Assembly (NCBI GenBank): GCA_937139155.1
Contig: CAKZPI010000037.1
Coordinates: forward strand, 68,195 to 132,194
DNA length: 64,000 nucleotides
Source of the DNA: an uncultured Flavobacteriales bacterium
Lineage (GTDB): Bacteria; Bacteroidota; Bacteroidia; Flavobacteriales; JBLHRE01
Direction: 5' to 3'
Below are positions 29,227-37,151 of the stretch, piece by piece; position 1 is the first letter of the stretch; each line of letters starts with the position of its first letter. The translations under genes and the position numbers were made by a program. Under the pieces are notes generated by a model that was given only the letters and a program-made list of their open reading frames with translations, had not been told where the DNA came from and searched no databases.

Positions 29227-29853
29227 ATGTCATTTACAGGTAAGAGATTTCCAAATTTAGAGGTACAGGCCATGGATGAAATGGGAGATACCAAAACCAT
29301 GAACGTACTTGAAGAAGCCATTCGCGAAAAGAAGAAGGTTGTATTGTTCTGGTACCCCAAAGATTTCACCTTCGTTTGTCCGACAGAATTGCATGCCTTT
29401 CAAGAGGCGGTATCCGAATTTGAAAAACGAAACACCATGGTAATTGGAGCATCATGTGATACGCCTGAGGTTCATTTTGCATGGTTGAACACACCGAAAG
29501 ATCAAGGAGGTATAGAAGGAGTAAGGTATCCAATTTTGGCGGATTCAAATCGGAACTTGGCCAAAACCCTGGGCATCCTTGACTCTGAAGACTTAGACGA
29601 TGGCACGGGATTGAAAAAAGGCGATGATGTAACCTACCGGGCAACCTACCTAATTGATGAAGACGGATTGGTTTTCCACGAAAGTGTAAACCACATGCCA
29701 CTAGGAAGAAACGTTCAAGAATTCATTCGTCTAATTGATGCCTATGCCCACGTTCAGAAAAACGGAGAGGTTTGCCCGGCAAACTGGGAAGAAGGTAAAG
29801 AGGCCATGAACGCAGATCGTAAAGGAGTAGCCTCTTATTTAGCAACCCACTAA
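29227..29853 (+). CDS. ahpC: 2-Cys peroxiredoxin
   Basis: FWYPKDFTFVCPTE; GEVCPANW. Confidence 0.95.
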   Translation: MSFTGKRFPNLEVQAMDEMGDTKTMNVLEEAIREKKKVVLFWYPKDFTFVCPTELHAFQEAVSEFEKRNTMVIGASCDTPEVHFAWLNTPKDQGGIEGVRYPILADSNRNLAKTLGILDSEDLDDGTGLKKGDDVTYRATYLIDEDGLVFHESVNHMPLGRNVQEFIRLIDAYAHVQKNGEVCPANWEEGKEAMNADRKGVASYLATH

Positions 29854-29863
29854 AACTAGAACT

Positions 29864-30178
29864 ATGTTTATAGAAATGAATGAAGACCAATTGGAAGAAT
29901 TGGTGAAGTCAAAGAATAAAGTAATGGTGCAATACGGAGCAGGATGGTGTGGAAACTGCAGGTTGATGAAACCTAAGTTCAAACGATTGGCCGAAGAGCA
30001 CCCTGACCTGGAGTTTGTTTATGTAGATGCTGAAAAGTATCCAAATTCAAGAAAACTAGCAGATGTAAATAACCTACCCACTTTTGCGGGTTTTCAAGAT
30101 GGAAACTTGGTGAACCAAGTGCAGACCAATCAGTTTGATAACCTCAAAAACTTGACCCATGAAGTTGCCAGTGCTTAA
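29864..30178 (+). CDS. Thioredoxin family protein
   Basis: WCGNC motif; NLPTF. Confidence 0.88.
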   Translation: MFIEMNEDQLEELVKSKNKVMVQYGAGWCGNCRLMKPKFKRLAEEHPDLEFVYVDAEKYPNSRKLADVNNLPTFAGFQDGNLVNQVQTNQFDNLKNLTHEVASA

Positions 30179-30416
30179 GCAGGTAAGCGGCTTTATTCAA
30201 AAACACGATCGTGATTTTGTAGAGGAGGCCATCATGGTTCTAGAAGATATATCAGAGGCCAGAGGCTGGAAGGAGGAGGAATTAAACACCATAGGAGAGT
30301 TGATTTCAAATCTTTCAGGAGGCTTGGAAGTTCATTCCATGGAAGAAAAGGAAGGGCTTTCAACCAAAGAGGCCGCCAACGCATTCATGAAGCGGGTGAT
30401 GGGTTCCATTGATTAA
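30159..30416 (+). CDS. Conserved small protein (DUF6952-like)
   Basis: MKLPV...IGELISN..G..EV...A.N.FM.RV.GSID; usual last gene of the ahpC-trx operon. Confidence 0.75.
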   Translation: MKLPVLKQVSGFIQKHDRDFVEEAIMVLEDISEARGWKEEELNTIGELISNLSGGLEVHSMEEKEGLSTKEAANAFMKRVMGSID

Positions 30417-30434
30417 GTGAAATTTATGTTTAGG

Positions 30435-30465
30435 AAGGTCCTTGAATTCAAGGGCCTTTTTTTTT
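30435..30465 (+). terminator. Intrinsic terminator ending the ahpC operon; left edge of the accessory array
   Basis: AAGGTCCTTGA-AT-TCAAGGGCCTT followed by a long T-run. Confidence 0.85.
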
Positions 30466-30644
30466 GCCCTGAATGACTAGACCCATTAGGGTGGAGGCCT
30501 CAAATGTCTATGGTTTGCAGGAAAATAAGAGCGAGAGAGGCTATCGTGAAATAGAATCTGAATTGGATACTTCGGTTCGATTTCTGCCACCCATTTCGGA
30601 ATATTAGTGCCAGGTGTATCGTTTCTAATTGTGCCATTTAGGCT

Positions 30645-31393
30645 TTGAGAAGAAATGACTCTAAGAAAGGCAACTATTACTATGGAGCACGTTACTACGA
30701 CCTGAAGATTTCTGTGAATCCGTTGGCGCATAAATACCCCAGCCTTTCGCCTTATGTATTTACAGGTTATAACCCCATTATGTTGGTGGATCCGGATGGA
30801 ATGAGGATAGCTCCTAGAATGGATGATACCGATAAACAGTTAATTAATCTATTTACAAACGGGGACCAGGGAATGGCGGAAATGTTATTTTTCAGTCCGA
30901 AGGGTATCCAAAGAAAATAATAGTCAAAAAGTTAACCACTATGAGGCCAAGACGAAGTTTTGGACTCAACGTGGATTTAGTAGGCATGCTGAGAAACTAG
31001 GAATTGCCTTTTCAGGATCAGAGCTTGATGAAGCTTATGGTTTGTATAAGTTTGTAAGAAAAAAAAGTCACAGAAATAGCCATGCTCGAAACTGGAACGT
31101 CTGAACCTGGCACTGCGGTAGGGGTTGGGCCTCCTCGTACAAGAGGAAAAGCCTTTAAAAATGTCCTAGATTTACTTTCGGAAGGTCCAATAAATGAGCA
31201 AGATGAGGATGAGATTTTCTCAGAAAACAGTTTTGGTGGGGCAGAAATTAACAATGACGCCCTGTTTTTTAAAGATCGAAAAATCTCATTGAATAAGATT
31301 GATGGCATTATTTTAATAAGGGTTGATCCGACAATGAATTCTGAGGCAAAAACAGATATGATGAGACAAACCATAGATGATTGGGAAAAATAA
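30645..31393 (+). pseudogene. RHS cassette A: decayed RHS-associated core plus C-terminal toxin domain in three frames
   Basis: GNYYYGARYYD.KISV[WLSV lost]NPLAHKYPSLSPY...DPDG; stop 30920; frame +1 open 30844-~31066; A8 run 31059-31066 leads into the frame of ORF 31082-31393. Confidence 0.75.
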
Positions 31394-31400
31394 TGGATTT

Positions 31401-31964
31401 ATGTTTAAAACAATACCCCTTATTTCAGCAGGGATGCTAGTGGTCACATCCCTATTTGCACAAAATGTATCAGATAGTACCCATTTGGACACCTTTCATA
31501 TTACTTTGGTGGATACCAATTTTATCGAGCTTTCAGACGGTGATATGTTTGTGAAATTCAAAGACTCATTGCCGGATGGCTATTATATTTTGGATTGTTA
31601 CGATGATTTTGGAGGATTGTATCGAACCTATGAGATTAAATTTATTGAAGGATTACGTCAAGGGAAGTTTATCTCGGATGGTTGGGGCGCTAGGTCGACA
31701 TTCACTTATACCAACGACACATTGCAAGGCCCATTTTACGTACAAAACAGAGGAAAGCCCCCGTATATGTATGGGGACTATGTGAATGGAAAAAGACATG
31801 GGCTTTGGACCATTCTACCGTTTACTACACAGAATTCTGATGGAGACATGGTTAAGGGAATACAAATTTTGGAGTATAACCAGGGTGTGATTGTTAATCG
31901 AATTTTGATTCCGGCAACCTCCAGAAAAGTAGAAAGGTTTCTTGAGAAGTTGTATTGGGATTAA
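31401..31964 (+). CDS. Exported MORN-variant repeat protein (YwqK-like), putative immunity of cassette A; likely start ATG 31401
   Basis: Signal peptide MFKTIPLISAGMLVVTSLFAQ; repeats EGLRQGKF / NDTLQGPF / NGKRHGLW. Confidence 0.65.
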   Translation: MFKTIPLISAGMLVVTSLFAQNVSDSTHLDTFHITLVDTNFIELSDGDMFVKFKDSLPDGYYILDCYDDFGGLYRTYEIKFIEGLRQGKFISDGWGARSTFTYTNDTLQGPFYVQNRGKPPYMYGDYVNGKRHGLWTILPFTTQNSDGDMVKGIQILEYNQGVIVNRILIPATSRKVERFLEKLYWD

Positions 31965-32157
31965 GAGTGAAGCTTTACGGTGTGAATCGGAATGCTCAAT
32001 GGCAATCCTAAAGGATTAGATTTTTTCTTTTTCGAAGAACCTGTTCTTTATAAAAAGTGGAGTGTCTTAAATAAGGGAAGGGTTAGAAAAAGCTCTAGTT
32101 GGCAAAAGAAAACTTAATTAACGCAAAAAGGAAAATAGACTGCCGCTTCAGCAGTAA

Positions 32158-32247
32158 CGAGCTAGGAGCTTTCTAATATCTAACTATAAGGTATATATTC
32201 CCGGCACAAAAAGTTATGTTCCATATACTGAAAAATCAAGAGATTGA
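32158..32247 (+). pseudogene. C-terminal remnant of a JAB-like toxin gene
   Basis: RARSFLISNYKVYIPGTKSYVPYTEKSRD* resembles the tails of ORFs 34619 and 36241; its TGA overlaps the next ATG (TGATG). Confidence 0.6.
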
Positions 32248-32927
32248 TGATATTCTACCTTCAAGTTATAGGTCTTCTTTTATGCATTTGTCCAAATTTG
32301 GCTGCCCAGCCAAACTTGGAAGTTAAAAGGGGTAAGGACTCATGTGAATTCTTGGTTTTTGATGGTCAAATTTGGGCTGCAAGAGCCTTGGAATGGGACC
32401 AGATAACCGGAAAGGATAAGATCATCAAGGCTCAGGAAGATAGTTTGTGGATTGCGGCAAATGAAAACAAACGGCCGGCATATTGCATCGCGCCAGATTC
32501 AATAACCCAATTATTTAATGGATATGCGATGCCCTACATTTATGAGAACATAAATGATAGTAGCTTAAGGGTTGCAACGCAGTATGATTTTGAAAGGCTT
32601 TGGGGGTTTGAAAGGGATTCCTTAAGAAATTATGAAGACTATGTGAGAGGGGGTGTCTTACTGTTTTCATCCGATTCATGCTCATTTTATAGGAAGGGAT
32701 TTCAGTATTATAGGGATACAACAGGTCATTATAAAATGGGTGAAATTAAAAGTGTGGATTACTGGTCAATATCCGAATATATAGAATCCTATGACCCAAT
32801 GTTTAAAAGAGATGCACCAATTTTAATCCAGGTGGTATTAAATGGATGTTGTGCGCGGCTTATTGATGAAGATATAAACCCTAATATTGGCTATCCGGTT
32901 AGGCTGATAAAAAAAAGCTCAAACTGA
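32244..32927 (+). CDS. Exported FISUMP (Fib_succ_major)-like protein 1
   Basis: Signal peptide; DGQIW, W..A.....PAYC, LFNGYA, YWS, GYPVRLIKK. Confidence 0.7.
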   Translation: MMIFYLQVIGLLLCICPNLAAQPNLEVKRGKDSCEFLVFDGQIWAARALEWDQITGKDKIIKAQEDSLWIAANENKRPAYCIAPDSITQLFNGYAMPYIYENINDSSLRVATQYDFERLWGFERDSLRNYEDYVRGGVLLFSSDSCSFYRKGFQYYRDTTGHYKMGEIKSVDYWSISEYIESYDPMFKRDAPILIQVVLNGCCARLIDEDINPNIGYPVRLIKKSSN

Positions 32928-32993
32928 CTTTTGGTTTTATTTGTCATCCGTCCTATCACCTAAGACTATGAGCTAAATCACTAAGTTTAGCCT

Positions 32994-33135
32994 GTGAATA
33001 CAAACCTAACGTATCCAGCCCAAATTTGCGGCGAAAACCTCTACAAATACGAAGCCGACTCAGGCGACTACAACTCCCCTTACCGCTTCAACGGAAAAGA
33101 TCTCGGCCCGGAAACTGGCAACTATTACTACGGAG
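32994..33135 (+). pseudogene. RHS cassette B: truncated N-terminal/core stub
   Basis: GTG start; MNTNLT...NLYKYEADSGDYNSPYRFNGKDLGPETGNYYYG, homology to 36241 ends at 33135. Confidence 0.8.
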
Positions 33136-33513
33136 TAAGCTCAAGGCCCAAAGCTACCCTTGGAAGCGGTGCAGGTCCTTCCCTTAAAGTCCTACGTGGA
33201 AAAGAACCGTCCACAGCTTTTGGAGCTGACCAGCGCAAAAAAAGACAGTCATATGCTCTTTCCGAAAGGTGAGAAGACCCGTTTTAGTTCGGTAACAGGA
33301 AGTATTTTAAAGAGGTTGAAAATCCCGCCCCATACGGGGTTGAGAAATCATACGGACATGGATAATCTGTATCAGATACGCATCAACAGGATAGCCCTTT
33401 GGCTGAATCAGTACAACCTGAGAGAAGTGCAGTACAAGGCTGGTTACAGGAGCTTGCAGAGCTTAGAGACTTTTGGCAGGGAGGCCCTGGAAGAGCTCAA
33501 AGACTGTAGATAA
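33136..33513 (+). pseudogene. C-terminal remnant of a tyrosine recombinase (XerD-like integrase)
   Basis: QIR.....WL.QYNLREVQYKAGYRSLQSLETF resembles the Bacteroidota integrase tail QIRASVI..WL..YNLRQVQY.AGH.YISSTE.Y; His and catalytic Tyr positions read Y and F; N-terminus absent. Confidence 0.65.
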
Positions 33514-33585
33514 ATACCACCCTTAGGGTGATGTGCTTAATTATTTGTATTTTTGTACCATATTGGTACACGTTAAATTAAAATT

Positions 33586-33837
33586 ATGTTGGTAATAAGC
33601 AGTCGGGAGTTCCGACAGAATCAGAAAGAATACTTTGAGCGGGTGGATAAGGGTGAACATATCATTGTCCAGCGAGGAAAGGACAAGGCATATGCCTTGA
33701 CACCTGTGAGTGCAGATGATATGTACTTCAATGCCGAGATGGTAAAACGGATCAAGCAGAGCCTGCAGGAGATAGAACAAGGGGATTACAAGGAGATAAG
33801 CAGCTCGAAAGAAATAAGTGATCTGTTAGGCTTATGA
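33586..33837 (+). CDS. yefM: Type II TA antitoxin, Phd/YefM family
   Basis: ISSREFRQNQKEYFERVD.GE.IIVQRG; overlaps the toxin start (ATGA). Confidence 0.88.
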   Translation: MLVISSREFRQNQKEYFERVDKGEHIIVQRGKDKAYALTPVSADDMYFNAEMVKRIKQSLQEIEQGDYKEISSSKEISDLLGL

Positions 33838-34112
33838 GCTATACCTTGCGTTTTTCCAAAACCTCTTTGGAAGATATTGAAAGGCACAAGAAATCAGGGG
33901 ACAGGGCAACGATAAAGAAAATCGAAAAACTGCTCAACGAACTAAAAGAGCACCCAACAACAGGGATTGGTCAACCAGAAAAGCTGAAGCATGACTTGGC
34001 AGGCTTGTACTCCCGGAGAATCAACAAAAAGCATCGTTTGGTCTACCCGATCGATGAAAGGATAGTTACCGTTCATATTGCGAGCGCATGGGCGCATTAC
34101 GGGGATAAATAG
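33834..34112 (+). CDS. yoeB: Type II TA toxin, Txe/YoeB family RNase
   Basis: P.TGIGQPEKLKHDLAGLYSRRINKKHRLVY...HY. Confidence 0.92.
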   Translation: MSYTLRFSKTSLEDIERHKKSGDRATIKKIEKLLNELKEHPTTGIGQPEKLKHDLAGLYSRRINKKHRLVYPIDERIVTVHIASAWAHYGDK

Positions 34113-34276
34113 CAAGCCCTGTCTACCCTTTGTCCACCCCCAGCCCTTCTATTGTTTTTCTGATCATGCTTTTTGTGGCCAACCCACCTGCAGCACATCC
34201 TGACCGATAGCCTCAGGAAGAGCTTCTCCACCAGCTAAATAACAAAAAGACATGCCAGAAAAACAATCTCAAGCTA

Positions 34277-34305
34277 CATTAACATAACAAGTAGTTATAG
34301 GGACC
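34277..34305 (-). other. dif-like (XerC|XerD-type) recombination site, 7-bp spacer
   Basis: Minus strand GGTCCCTATAA-CTACTTG-TTATGTTAATG versus E. coli dif GGTGCGCATAA-N6-TTATGTTAAAT. Confidence 0.55.
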
Positions 34306-34384
34306 GCCCACAAGAGCCCATTGCTAAATGAAACCAGCGTACACAAGTTGAGGCGGAGGTGAGATCCCGGGCCACGTTCTGGGA

Positions 34385-34411
34385 CTGCCCTATAACCAAA
34401 TTATGTTAAGT
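34385..34411 (+). other. dif-like recombination site, 5-bp spacer, inverted relative to 34277-34305
   Basis: CTGCCCTATAA-CCAAA-TTATGTTAAGT. Confidence 0.55.
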
Positions 34412-34618
34412 AGCCGCTTTCCCTGCGCTTTTGCCAAAGGGGTCTTCCCCCCCCCTTCAACCCCCGGATGTTCACCTGCTAAAGCGGATAACTCCATTGC
34501 TATAAGGCAAACCGGTTTATCCGCATTATCAGGCGAACGCTTTTCAAAGTCCAGCTAATCTTATTTTTTTTCAATTGAAAGAAAAAAATGAAAGGTCGAA
34601 TGCTTATTTTGCAGCTTC

Positions 34619-35488
34619 ATGCAAACATCCCGCATCCGATACAGACTTACTAAAACCCAGCCCCCTTTCTCGCGCGAGGAAAAGGTGAGTAGGGGAAGTC
34701 TGAAAAAGGGAGTGGAGACAGGTAACTACTACTACGGAGCTCGTTATTACGACCCGAAGATTTCTGTGTGGCTTTCTGTTGATCCTCTGGCGCATAAGTA
34801 CCCGAATCTAAGTCCTTATGTGTTTACGGGGAATAACCCCATTATGCTGGTGGATCCGGATGGAAGGGATATTTGGGAGTATGATAAGAATGGTGATTTG
34901 ATTTGCCATGAGGAAAACACTGAAATTGACCAAATATTTGTGGTTGACGGTGAAGGAAATGAATTAGCCGGGATATCTATGGAGTATGGAACAATCACAA
35001 ATACCAGTGAAGAGTCCTTCGGTGATGGTACCAAACTTAACAGCCTTAGGGTAAAACCAGAGGCTTCCTCAGAAGTATTTGAGTTTTTTGCAGATAATAC
35101 AAATGTTGAGTGGGGTGAACTAAAATCTGGAGAGCATGACTCAAGAATTTTCACTAATTGTATGGAGGGTGATATTCATGCAGGTCGTATGTTTAATGAG
35201 GCGAATCTTAGCGGGGAGTATATTACAGAATTTAATCATTCCCACCCTAATGGGTACGATCTGCCATCTGGCGCAGGTCCCGAACCAAGTCGAATGGCAA
35301 AGGCGAGAGGGTCATTGATAATATCTCCAGCGGGCGAGTGGGGTGATATTCAAATGGTAAAAGATATGAACAGCATTTATGACCAAATGAATTTACCACA
35401 TCCGAGATACAATATTTATGTTCCAAGAAAAAGCAGTGGTTTCGGAGGCAATTACAATTCATTTAATGAAAACACAAGAGTAGACTAG
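34619..35488 (+). CDS. RHS cassette C: RHS-associated core (from 34715) plus JAB/MPN-like toxin domain (Tox-JAB-1-like)
   Basis: ETGNYYYGARYYDP...DPDG; FEFFADNTNVEW; HSHP-x6-S (35237 onward) ...GEWGD. Confidence 0.8.
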   Translation: MQTSRIRYRLTKTQPPFSREEKVSRGSLKKGVETGNYYYGARYYDPKISVWLSVDPLAHKYPNLSPYVFTGNNPIMLVDPDGRDIWEYDKNGDLICHEENTEIDQIFVVDGEGNELAGISMEYGTITNTSEESFGDGTKLNSLRVKPEASSEVFEFFADNTNVEWGELKSGEHDSRIFTNCMEGDIHAGRMFNEANLSGEYITEFNHSHPNGYDLPSGAGPEPSRMAKARGSLIISPAGEWGDIQMVKDMNSIYDQMNLPHPRYNIYVPRKSSGFGGNYNSFNENTRVD

Positions 35489-35492
35489 TGTT

Positions 35493-36140
35493 ATGAAAGG
35501 ATTATTAATTGTTCTGACCTTGTTGTTACTCCTAAGACCTGCCTTAGTCCATTCTCAGGACAATGAAGGGCATTTCCAAAGCCACTGTGATTTTGTTGAA
35601 ATCGGAGCACAGAAATGGCATGTGCAAACCCATATTGATAGCTTACTGTGCAGTTCAAGTAACTTGTTTTTGGCTCAAAGTGATAGTTCATGGAAACGAG
35701 CATCAAATGCAGGGATTGCAGCCTACTGCTTTTATCCTGATAGTCATAAAATACTCTATAATGGCTATGCTATTCGCTTGTTAATTGATTGTTCTATACG
35801 GCCAGATCTGAAAGTAGCGTCTGATTCTAATTTTCTCAATTTATTCGATTATGAGTTTGACTCTTTATATGGTAGTGGATTTAAAAGTTGGACATGGGCA
35901 GAACGATTATTATTCGCCAACAAAAATTGCACTTTTTACGATAGGGATGCATGTTTATATCGAGAACCAAATGGGCGATTTGTGAAAGATGATGCCAAGA
36001 CTATGGTTTATTGGACTTATTCTGATTTTTCGAGGGAAGACCCCTTCCTTTTTGTCCTAATTTATAATAATATTGGAAGGCTTGTCCATGAAAGAAATCC
36101 AGGCTATGGTTACTCAGTGAGGTTGATTAAAAAAGAGTAA
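35493..36140 (+). CDS. Exported FISUMP-like protein 2, putative immunity of cassette C
   Basis: Signal peptide; EIGAQKW, W..A...AYCFY, ILYNGYA, YWT, GYGYSVRLIKK; 4 bp after the toxin stop. Confidence 0.72.
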   Translation: MKGLLIVLTLLLLLRPALVHSQDNEGHFQSHCDFVEIGAQKWHVQTHIDSLLCSSSNLFLAQSDSSWKRASNAGIAAYCFYPDSHKILYNGYAIRLLIDCSIRPDLKVASDSNFLNLFDYEFDSLYGSGFKSWTWAERLLFANKNCTFYDRDACLYREPNGRFVKDDAKTMVYWTYSDFSREDPFLFVLIYNNIGRLVHERNPGYGYSVRLIKKE

Positions 36141-36240
36141 TCATATTGGTAAAGGGAAGAAGCAGTGTCCCAAATTTAAGTCCATAAATTCCCATTAAAG
36201 TTTTTTCGTATCGATTTTCTCAAATCATTAAGTTTAACCA

Positions 36241-37146
36241 GTGAATCCAAGCCTAACAAATCAAACTCAAGTTAAAGACAAAAACCTCTACGAATACAAC
36301 GCCGGCTCAGAAGACTACAACTCCCCTTACCGCTTCAATGGTAAAGAGTTAGACCCTGAGACAGGCAACTACTATTATGGAGCTAGGTACTACGACCCGA
36401 AGATAAGTGTGTGGTTATCTGTGGACCCGCTGGCGCATAAGTACCCTTCTTTAAGTCCTTATGTGTTTACTGGGAATAACCCAATTATGTTGGTGGACCC
36501 GGATGGGAGGGATATATGGGAATTGGATTTAAACGGAAATGTTTTAAATCATACCGTTGATGAGTCCCAGGATACCTTTATAGTTCTTGACAATGATGGT
36601 AATTATGTAAGTGGTATTTCTTTTGAAGGTGGGACTATTGAAGCGTATAGAAATCAGACCACATCTTTTAATGATTTTCATAGTGGAGGTAAAGAAGTTG
36701 TAGGTGATATTGACATTAATAAAATCCGGGGGGATTTTGAGTCAGAAGCCTTGTTTACTTTCATGGCTGATAATACAAATGTTGAGTGGAATGAAATAAA
36801 GACTGGGGAGTCTGGAGGCTCAGGTCTTGGGTTTTTAACAACTGGTCATAGAGAAGGCCAAAATCCGGGGCTGAACGACTTGTTAAGAGGCCAATTAATA
36901 AATGACTATACGATAAGAGAAATAAATCACAACCATCCTAAAGGTTCATCTTATCCTTCTGGTTCCTTTAATGCTGAAATTAACGGTCAAATGCTTGGTG
37001 CAGGAGAATGGGGAGATGTGAAAACCGCAGCGAATATTCAAGATTGGTACAATCGAGCATACCCTAATAGGTCAGGCATCATCGAATTCAATGTATATAC
37101 TACAAAGAATGGTTTTAAAGCATATGATAGAAATACAAGAAGGTAG
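36241..37146 (+). CDS. RHS cassette D: short N-terminus, RHS core and JAB/MPN-like toxin domain
   Basis: GTG start; DYNSPYRFNGKELDPETGNYYYGARYY...DPDG; FMADNTNVEW; HNHP-x6-S (36928 onward) ...GEWGD. Confidence 0.82.
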   Translation: MNPSLTNQTQVKDKNLYEYNAGSEDYNSPYRFNGKELDPETGNYYYGARYYDPKISVWLSVDPLAHKYPSLSPYVFTGNNPIMLVDPDGRDIWELDLNGNVLNHTVDESQDTFIVLDNDGNYVSGISFEGGTIEAYRNQTTSFNDFHSGGKEVVGDIDINKIRGDFESEALFTFMADNTNVEWNEIKTGESGGSGLGFLTTGHREGQNPGLNDLLRGQLINDYTIREINHNHPKGSSYPSGSFNAEINGQMLGAGEWGDVKTAANIQDWYNRAYPNRSGIIEFNVYTTKNGFKAYDRNTRR

Positions 37147-37151
37147 AGGTC

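Noticed and set aside
34277-34411. Interpretation as the chromosomal dif/terminus
   Set aside because: There are two copies, both with non-6-bp spacers, inside an accessory insert; GC skew cannot be assessed here. Kept only as element-associated dif-like sites.
30486-34795. Two similar minus-strand ORFs (30486-30731 and 34604-34795) beginning MRQRI
   Set aside because: They are antisense shadows of the conserved RHS core codons; their similarity comes from the plus-strand genes.
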